Assembly (NCBI GenBank): GCA_032718475.1
Contig: JAUCBJ010005303.1
Coordinates: forward strand, 1 to 43,329
Reading direction: 5' to 3'
Length of the DNA stretch: 43,329 nt
Source of the DNA: Nemertoderma westbladi
Taxonomy: Eukaryota; Animalia; Xenacoelomorpha
The notes under the pieces are model-generated. The model saw only the letters and a program-made list of their open reading frames with translations, made no database searches and was not told the DNA's origin. A program made the translations under genes and the position numbers. Below, one piece after another: positions 34,350 to 43,329 of the stretch (positions are counted from its first letter, which is position 1; every line of letters begins with the position of its first letter).

Positions 34350-36340
34350 CATGATCCCAGGTGATAGAAGTCGTCCACATGCTCAAGCATGCCATCCTTT
34401 GTGCTTATGCTCATTCGGTCAGAGACTTGCTGAGGACTTTCAAAGTTAACTGTCAAAATTTTGGTCTTTTTGGAGTTAATAAAAAGACTCCTACTACGTA
34501 CTCGTAAGTCATCAGCAAAGTCTAGATCAGTTAGGTACTTGGCAGGATTTCCACTACTTCTGGAGCCTTTCAAAGTGGGCCTTCCAACCATTGAGGCAAT
34601 CGGCTGGTGTTTCTGCCTTAACCTGGGTGGTTGGTTGGCTTTTCCATCCAGTAAGCAAGTTGATCGATTTCCATGCATGGGATGATTGCCTGCTGTCTAT
34701 AATTGCTGCTAATAATAAAAAATTCTGGTAGACGACTACAACGAATTATTTGAATGTATGACAAATTAACTCACCTTACTAAAAGAAGCCGCAAATATTC
34801 AGATAATGCTTCCATATATTAAAAATCTATAAAGAGCGGTCCATGGGTCGAAGGTCTACTAAATGAGGGTTGCATATAATAACTAGTTTCACCCCTGATT
34901 CCTCTAGTGAAATTGCTTCCCAAAAGTGGTCTCTTATGGCATTTATTGTTACTTCATTATTGGGACTCTAGATAATTACTTTATATAATTAATATTTTTC
35001 TTAAATTATTTAAAAAATTACTAAAAATGTGACTGTGCTATACATTATACTTTAATATATACTTACAAATACTATTTACTGATACACATTAACTTTTTAT
35101 AATACTTACTGGTATATAAATAGTATTTAATTTTTCAAGGGTAAGTATATCTTTCAATAAACATTAAAAAATTATAGAAAAATATTTAGATTCCTTCAAC
35201 TCATCCTTATAATCTCTGTCTATACCAACATACTTAAATAAGTGTCTGTCAGCTATTAGATCCTATATAAATATAATTTACTTACATAACAAAATTTTTC
35301 TGTGTTTACCAGAATACACGAGTGTCTACCCGAATAAACTACCAAAGTGACAACCAGATACGACTGTACGACCGTTAACTCGATGGGAAGGAAGTGTTCC
35401 GTCGGCGGTTGCAGAACTGGTTATGCGAATGCATAAACTGACCGGTATGGACGACAGGAAGGATAATTCCTCACCGATTACGGTCTACGCGTTTCTGAAA
35501 GATCCTGTGGAATTGCAAACGTGGTTGCGGCAACTTCCGAATATCGTAGATCCGTGCAAGGTTACGAGTTTCATGGGAGTTTGTCGGAAGCACTGGCCCG
35601 AAGAGATGACAACGAAACATCATTCCGGGAGATACCCAGTGCCGGCGGAACCGCCGTCGGTATTCCCAAATGTTCCTCTGCTCTCCATCCCAATGCCTCC
35701 AGCCCCTCCACGCTCAACGACGCACGCAAGTTCTTCTAAACGCAATCCGGATATTTTTTTTTTTTAATTTTAGATTTTCTCTCTTACAGAAAGTGGCATT
35801 GTGTTGAGAAAACTCAGAAAATAAAAGAAAAATCTTTTTAAAATAAAGGTTGACCCCTCCACAACAAATTTCAAATCTGAAAATTTTTCCACTAACTAGA
35901 ATTTTTGGATGAAAGCTGAGAAAAATTAGATTTTATATATAAAAGAATTCTTCCAGCAAATATTGAAGAATTCATGGTACTTAACAAAAATATCTGTAGT
36001 TGGAATTTAAAGTTAATGTGACCCTTCCACAAATGGCTTGAAAATACCAAATTTCGTCATTTTTTCTGATAATTGATCAATTACTGCAATTTCAACTATA
36101 GAGTAATGGACATCTTGACTTTTGTTTTTTCTTTCATGGATTCAGTTTTATGGTATAATATAGACAAGTTAAAAAAAAGAGCAATAAATTTCTCTAATAT
36201 CATGTGTGATGACCATTCCACACTTTAACAAAATTATTCGCATACGACTTATTATACAAGCGACTGCACCATATCTTCCCTTATGTTGATGACCAACTTC
36301 CAGCACTTCTAGCAAGGAAATCCGCAATCCGCACGTGATC
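34350..36340. repeat. ~2-kb direct duplication, copy 2 (includes the RTE fragment on the minus strand)
   Basis: Matches 31930-33924 apart from a 4-nt indel and a few substitutions. Confidence 0.97.
35383..35756 (+). pseudogene. THAP domain fragment, second copy
   Basis: Same motifs and same frameshift as the 32967 copy. Confidence 0.8.
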
Positions 36341-36831
36341 TGCATCTAATACTCTAATACATCTAATACTCGCCTTACGAGTAGTTTAATAATGGAGGAA
36401 GATTGAGTATATAGACTAATATAATAATAATATACTACTGCACTCGCCTTACGAGTAGTTTAATAATGGAGGAAGATTGAGTATATAGACTAATATACTA
36501 CTGCATCTAATACTCGCCTTACGAGTAGTTTAATAATGGAGGAAGATTGAGTATATAGACTAATATAATAATAATAATAATATACTACTGCATCTAATAC
36601 TCGCCTTACGAGTAGTTTAATAATGGAGGAAGATTGAGTATATAGACTAATATAATAATAATAATATACTACTGCATCTAATACTCGCCTTACGAGTAGT
36701 TTAATAATGGAGGAAGATTGAGTATATAGACTAATATAATAATAATAATAATATACTACTGCATCTAATACTCGCCTTACGAGTAGTTTAATAATGGAGG
36801 AAGATTGAGTATATAGACTAATATAATAATA
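36341..36831. repeat. ~70-85-bp tandem repeat, ~6 copies, with a variable (aat)n tract
   Basis: Unit ctgcatctaatactcgccttacgagtagtttaataatggaggaagattgagtatatagactaat(ata)n. Confidence 0.95.
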
Positions 36832-37551
36832 GCTCGTGCTATATGCTTCACTATTCTTCTGGCAGCCAACAGAAACTTTGCGTTACACATATACGGAGCT
36901 CTTCCCATTGGTGGTGCCGGGGTTGTGGAAGTCGGAAATCCCGTTGGTGGTGCCGGCGCCGGGGTTGTGGAAGTCGGAAATCCCGTTGGTGGTGCCGGCG
37001 CCGTGGTTGTGGAAGTCGGAAATCCCATTGGTGGTGCTGGCGCCGTGGTTGTGGAAGTCGGAAATCCCGTTGGTGGTGCCAGCACCGGAGTTGTGGAAGT
37101 CGGAAATCCCATTGGTGGTGCCAGCACCGGGGTTGAAGAGGGCGGTAATCCCATTGGTGGTGCCGGCGCCGGGGTTGAAGAGGGCGGTAATCCCGTTGGT
37201 GGTGCCGGGGTTGTGGAAGTCGGAAATCCCGTTGGTGGTGCCAGCGCCGGGGTTGAAGAGGGTGGTAATCCCGTTGGTGGTGCCGGGGTTGTGGAAGTCG
37301 GAAATCCCGTTGGTGGTGCCGACGCTGAAGAGGGTGGTAATCCCATTGGTGGTGCCGGTGCCGGGGTTGAAGAGGGCATTAATCCCGTTGGTGGTGCCGG
37401 CGCCGGGGTTGAAGATGGCGGTAATCCCGTTGGTGGCGCCGGCGCCAGGGTTGAAGAGGGCGGTAATCCCGTTGGTGGTGCCTGCGCCGGGGTTGAAGAG
37501 GGCGGTAATCCCGTTGGTGGTGCCGGGGTTGACGATGGTGCCGATAACTAA
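36832..37551 (+). pseudogene. Probable last-exon fragment of an OB-like family paralog, with a Gly/Glu-rich minisatellite tail (36-42-bp units)
   Basis: Frame from 36832 reads ARAICFTILLAANRNFALHIYGA, then (VEEGGNPVGGAGAG)n...DDGADN*. This aligns with ARVHITRVIPADPLYRFDVYVA(GGVAGAG)n...DGI* of the first gene. Confidence 0.5.
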
Positions 37552-38949
37552 TCTCAGGACTAACCACTATGACATAGTGTTAAAAACCTTACATATTTTT
37601 ATTAAACTTAACCATTGTTCAGTGTTCACTACTGTATTACAGCCGAACTGCCCTTTATTTTTAATTCTTAACCCTTTACTGCCGGAATTATGAAACCTTC
37701 GCATTATAAAAATTATTTTTTGGTCCGATTTTACTGCATTACAACTAATTAACACAAAAATAAGAATAAACAATTACGAAATTACGAAAAAAAAAATTTC
37801 GAGGGACACATCAAATTTATATAGAAAATAATTAATATTTTAACATTTTGAAATATTACTTAGTGGTAAAAGGAAACGTTCTTAGATACAATTATAATTT
37901 AAAGATACATAACGTGATGGTAGGTGCACTACAGTATATCAAACGAAGCCCAAATAAGTATGGTAAACATATTTAAAAGAATAAGCTCCCGGGAAATAAT
38001 GTAAATTTTAACAATAAAAATAATTAGGAGCCCGCTTGACAGCGGGATACTTACTGTAAGAATCTCAGGGATACTTTCTGTAAAAATCTCAGGATACATT
38101 ACACTGACTGACATACTGACTGACATACTGACTGATAATTATCTAGGTTAAGGCACTTCCTGCCTGGCGATTTTGATGAAATTTTGCAAGTACATTGCTT
38201 TGTTGGTTCATAATCGCGTTACAAAATTTCAGATCGATTCTATGTGTGGTATTCGATATATTTAGTTTTTTGACATTGTTTTGTCGCGAAATTAAAAGCA
38301 ATGGCAAAATAACAGCTGGTGTTCATGATGAAATATGGCTTAATATGTTATACACAGTCATAGAAATACGTGTTGGTTGCCAAGTCACATAAGCTGTTGG
38401 TTTCTAATGTATTACCCCATAAGCTGATTGCTCTCCCAGTGCTTCCTAAGGGTATATCTACAATAAGGTTACTCACTCTGCTATGTTGAGGGGTGGATCA
38501 GGATAATTAATTTTAGTTACACAAAGCAGTGTGTTGTGTCCTATTGCAGTCGATACTCACTGTGGATTGTAAAATGTTTTGTCTGGGAAGAGATATTCCG
38601 CTTGACGACGGGGTAATACCTATGGAAGGAAACTAAATTTGTTATTTGGCTCTATTCGTTGTTATTTATCTGGTTGTGCATCATGGGCATTTTTTATAAA
38701 TATTCGGTAATCGTATCTTATATCTTGTAAACATGCTTGATAATGAAATTATTTGCTTCATATTATATTTTTGTTAGTGGTAGCTAAGTTGCATTTTTTA
38801 TTATGTGGGGCGAGCCACAAAGTCAGCTAGCCTCACGCCTTGCAGTTTAGACAATTTTAGTTTACTTACTGCTGACTGACAGTTCTTTGTAATAGTCTTG
38901 GCTAGGATTTTTCCCCCGGGCTCCTTCCAGCCAGCTTGCTGGCTTTCTA

Positions 38950-39395
38950 GTAATATTAACTGCAATGTGTGGCAGTACTTAATCACTAATTCTAAGTTAC
39001 TTCTATTCATATTATTTTGTGATTTATAAGCCAAAAACAATTACAAGTACATACCATGTACACATTTATATTATTATATTATCAAATGTATTTATTTATA
39101 TGAAATTTATTAGAGGCGATTTATAATTTCCTCATATTGATGTGACACATCTGAAATAAATTATTGTGACTATATAAATATTGATCAATGTAACAAGGTG
39201 ATATAAAATAAATTAAATCATTTAAATTTCCATAGATTTCATATATTATATTTATGATTGTTTTTTAGGGAATTATCTTCCAAGGAAACATTTGTCAGGG
39301 TACATCAGTACCGTGAGGATTCAGATGATTTATTTGTGAATAAGATCGGGACGGGATCGTTTACAGCAATCATTGAGCCGGGTTACCGTGGTGGA
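38950..39395. repeat. Inverted partial copy C of the dispersed repeat; includes the start of family exon 2 on the + strand
   Basis: Reverse complement of ~40280-40680 and ~27060-27512. Confidence 0.9.
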
Positions 39396-39601
39396 TACCG
39401 TTATGAATAACAATAACATGCTGTGGATACTTAACATGTTAGGTAATAAAATAACAGAACTTAAACCATTAATAATATGAAATATATATACAACTTTGAA
39501 AATATATATTAGGCACACATTATAAATTTATTCTGACAAACTTAGAAAACAATATATTAATTAGTAAATTTGTTTAGAATTCGAACATTTAAATCACTTA
39601 C

Positions 39602-40416
39602 TTTCTGATGTTCCTCAGAGAGAGAAACAACCCGGTGAATCGGTTTGAGGTAAACTCATGGGGTAGAACACGTTTACCCTCTCCAACCCTCACCACCGGT
39701 AAATTTAGAGCGGTGGACAGCGTCCACAACATGGACAGCAAGGATTGCCTGTAGCAGCCGCACAAACTAGGACGCAAACCTTCTTCATTGTCGTCTAAAA
39801 AATTTTAAATATATAAGTTTAGTTTGTTGTGTTGTATAACGTTCAGGTGGGATTGAACTAGGTGTATTGGTATTTACGTCTTTATTGGCCTCACAATATG
39901 TTGCCTCTATGTTGGACCCTGGGGATTATAATAATCTCAAACCACTTAATATATTTATAATCTTCATTTTTATTTAGAAAAGTATTTTTAAGTCTCCCGC
40001 CACGCCCATCCCCATCATTAAATGTTACTTATTATATATTCTGTCAATAATTATTGTATGAGTGCCTGTCGAATTAATAGTTTTATTAAAATAAATATTA
40101 ACATCAACATACCCCTGTTACTTCCAATCTCTCCATGTACAAGGAGAACCCCTGAAGATCGGGTGACTTTATCAAGTCGTTGATGTTACTTGGTAACTCA
40201 TCCAAAACCGCTGGTCTTTCCAGATGCAACGGCTTATGCTTTGTTAATATTGTTGGGAGGTGGGTTATCTCATATCTCCCCACCACGGTAACCCGGCTCA
40301 ATGATTGCTATAAACGTCCCGGTGCCGGTCCCGTCCCGATCTCATTCACAAAGAAAGCATCTGAATCCTCACGGTACTGGTGTACCATGACAAATGTTTC
40401 CTTGGAAGATAATTCC
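39602..40416 (-). pseudogene. Decayed paralog of the 316-2506 gene (exons 40416-40113 and 39794-39602)
   Basis: ELSSKETFV, FIAIIEPGYRG, LPTILTKHKPLHLERPA, SPDLQGFSLYMERLEVTG|gt, ag|TTMKKVC, GEGKRVLPHEFTSNRFTGLF; same splice positions and phases as the intact gene; frameshifts present. Confidence 0.85.
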
Positions 40417-41552
40417 CTAAAAAACAATCATAAATATAATATCTGAAATATATGGAAATTTAAATGATTTAATTCAGATGTGTCACATAAATATGAGGTA
40501 ATTATAAATCGCCTCTAATAAATTTCACATAAATAAATACATTTGATAATATAATAATATAAATGTGTACATGGTATGTACTTGTAATTATTTTTGGCTT
40601 ATAAATCACAAAATAATATGAATAGAAGTAACTTAGAATTAGTAATTAAGTACTGCATACTGTCACATATTGCAGTTAATTATTTATTGTTAAAATTTAC
40701 ATTATTTCCCGGGAGCTAGCAGTAAATAAGATTTGCATTATTTTCCTAGGTAAATGGTGATTATTGCTCTTCGACCAGTCCTTTTCGTGCTGTAAACAAT
40801 ACTATTTTGGGGCATTTTATTTATTTTATGAGTAGCAGGACTAGTAAAATGACATCAAGTAATTAATAATCTTAAAATAAATAAATATGTTCCAAAATAT
40901 TGTGTGTATTTATTAAATTTAATAAATGGCCTAGCCTTCAGGCTGAAGCGGATGCAAATATCTGCACATTTTTACAATAAAATTACATATTGTCAGATTG
41001 TACGATAAATAAAACACATTGTTTACCTTTTGCTGCACTCGGTTGGTAAATAACATATCTCGGGGTGAAGGTAAAAACAATAAACACGATAACTTTACCA
41101 AACCCAAAAACAATAAACAGCCACTTTACTAATTGAGGGAAAGGAGCAGGTCACAGAGGCGAGCTTTTCTAACCAAAACAATAAACGATCACTTTACTAA
41201 TTGAGGGAAACGATATGGTCAGACAGTCGGTAGAAAAAATGTTAATGAAAAAAAATTGTAAAAAGCGTTTCATAAAATAAGCGGAACCGGTAAAAATATA
41301 TACCTAGACAGATATTTAAGTGTTTTAAGGGACGGTCCCCAAACTGCCAAAGTAACAATACCCGCCCGCAGTAGTTATTACAGTACCGGTACTGCAGCCA
41401 ACATGAGTCTGTCAGTCTGTGGTCTGAGACTACATCTAATGGAAGCTGTTGTCAGGTTGTGTTTATACACCTATAGGCTATGCTATGGCATGTGTGGTAC
41501 ACCAATACAGCAAGCAATACTGGTGAACCACTAAAATAAATAACAGTTGACA
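40275..41552. repeat. Dispersed repeat, copy B
   Basis: Direct copy of 27055-28432. Confidence 0.9.
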
Positions 41553-41930
41553 GCATTCTTGTGAATGTGCCATCCTGAGATTTGGTGTCCTCAGCAGTTA
41601 GAGCCCAGCATGGACTCCCATAGAGGAGTACTGCAACTACTGCTGCTCTAAATAATCGGACCTTAAGTTTCCGATTAATTCTCGGTGACTTCCAAATCCT
41701 GGAAATCCTATTCAAGGCTGCCCATGCCTTTCCCTTACGTATTCGAAGGTCCAAATCCTGGAAATCCTATTCAAGGCTGCCCATGCCTTTCCCTTACGTA
41801 TTCGAAGGTCCTCACCTAACTTCCGGATCCATGATCCCAGGTAACAGAAGTCGTCCACATGCTCAAGCATACCATCCTTTGAGCTTATGCTCATCCGATC
41901 AGAGATTAACTGTCAAAATTTTGGTCTTTT
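41553..41930 (-). mobile_element. RTE-clade RT fragment with an internal ~59-bp tandem duplication
   Basis: EHVDDFCYLGS...RIRKGKAWAALNRISRIW (twice), KLKVRLFRAAV, LLYGSPCW. Confidence 0.85.
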
Positions 41931-41954
41931 AAATTTAAAAATTTTTAAATTTAA

Positions 41955-42870
41955 ATTATATAACTTTCCCTTATTATTTTTATGCAGCAATTGTATATAA
42001 GAAAACTACTACTTCTATTGTATATTTATTTACTTTTCATTACTTTAATATTACTTTAATTTTAATTCCTAAACCAAGTTAAGTAAAAAACCTTACAGAG
42101 AGGTACGTACAGGAGTAGCAAACTAAAGAGCAACTGGACTTATAGACGTTGCATGCATTCATTTATCAGCTAATGGCAGTCAGCTGATCGGTAGGTTTCG
42201 CCTCCCAAGTTTGTGTTGCTGCTTCCCATATTGGTTAGTTAATATTACACACCAATCTTCATTATGTAACCCACCCTTTCCTTCTCCCATTTCAGACTTC
42301 ACCGTCCCAGTCATTTCCAGGATTGGACTCTTCATAATGCCTTTTACTGTGAGGTGAGACCTACTGTTCAGCTGACTGCCGTTAGCTGATCACTGATTGC
42401 ATCCAACATATATCGGTGCAGTTTCGCTACTGCTGTACATATCTATCGGTAAGGACTTGATTGACTAATTAAAATTAATGAAAATAATAAATTATTTCCC
42501 ATTGGACTAAGTATATGATACTCTTCAACTTTCATATTTATAATTTTTAATTTTCACTTAAAGTTTCATGGGGGCGGCGATAGGGGCAACGCCGACGGGG
42601 GCGGCGATGGGAGCGCCGCCGACGGGGCGCCGCCGGTGGGGGGGGGGGGGGGGGGCCTAGAGGATCAACACCTATGAGACAAATAAAAATTTGTTAAATT
42701 TTAATATTAATTTTTTTATTATTACTTTCTATGTCTATCATATTACTATTGCCATCGATAATAAATTTACATTATATAACTTTCCCTTATTATTTATATG
42801 CAGCAATTGTATATAAGAAAACTACTACTTCTATTGTATAGTTATTTACTTTTCATTACTTTAATATTAC
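41955..42870. repeat. ~100-bp AT-rich direct repeat (41955-42055 and 42773-42870)
   Basis: ttatataactttcccttatt...cattactttaatattac occurs twice. Confidence 0.85.
42090..42454. mobile_element. Palindromic MITE-like element with ~110-bp imperfect inverted arms
   Basis: ccttac...atcagctaatggcagtcagctga...gtagg mirrored by cctac...tcagctgactgccgttagctgat...gtaagg. Confidence 0.65.
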
Positions 42871-43329
42871 GGTTATACATAGTGATGTATATTTGTTTTT
42901 TTGTAATTTAATTTTTAGCCATCCTAAAATTTTAAATTTTCAAAAAATATTACACCAGGGACACAAAACAAATTGATATTTTTTGGATTAAATTGTCTCG
43001 ATCAGGGCATTTTGAAATCTGGCCCTCCCATTATTTCTTAACTCTGCCTATGGTCCTGTCAGTTTTAGAACTGGACCAACAGTGTAGCCCTGAAGCTCCT
43101 AACAACTGATGACATAACTGAACAACATAAATTAAATATTCTCGTGTTTTGTTAATAGTAAATTTATATACCTTGTATTTGCCGAAATTGATAATTAACA
43201 TTAGTCGGCTTTATTGCTGTTATATGGAGCCGGGCTGCTTCCCACTCCTTTGATCCGTCACCTTTTTCCGACTGAGCTCCCGACTTCCCCCACCCCGTCA
43301 AATCCCAGCCATTTCCCTCTGCTTCGTAT

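Noticed and set aside
36341-36831. CRISPR-like array
   Set aside because: Units are contiguous near-identical repeats with no unique spacers; eukaryotic context with no cas genes
36777-37379. Pro/Thr-rich mucin-like ORF and other frames over the array
   Set aside because: The GC-rich repeat is open in most frames; only the + frame from 36832 shows homology to another gene in the window
39840-39900. tRNA gene (minus-strand B-box-like gttcaatccc)
   Set aside because: No cloverleaf or A-box discernible; at most a SINE remnant in an intron
43100-43135. Hammerhead ribozyme (CTGATGA)
   Set aside because: No downstream GAAA core or flanking stems

Overview
AT-rich, intron-containing eukaryotic (animal-like) DNA made almost entirely of nested transposable elements and tandem repeats. 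From left to right: (1) an apparently intact 4-exon gene (316-2506, 416 aa) that looks like a tandem OB-fold/Zn-ribbon protein with a Gly-rich minisatellite tail, with four decayed paralogous pieces elsewhere in the window; (2) a BEL/Pao LTR retrotransposon (~2855-14188) with a decayed gag-pol, a hairpin-rich spacer, a large accessory ORF and a probable 3' LTR; (3) a near full-length CR1/L2-group LINE (SAP-like plus SGNH esterase ORF1; hydrophobic leader, 2A-like peptide, APE and RT in ORF2); (4) RTE fragments; (5) a GC-rich CRE-type RLE retrotransposon with a 12-bp target-site duplication; (6) further decayed RT fragments, MITEs, satellites, a 2-kb tandem duplication containing a THAP domain, and local inverted duplications. 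The most novel-looking element is the BEL/Pao accessory ORF (9426-13659, ~1400 aa once one stop and one frameshift are repaired), which encodes a WRN/EXD2/Mut-7-like DEDDy 3'-5' exonuclease fused to CCHC zinc knuckles. All calls rest on motif reading by eye; no searches were run.
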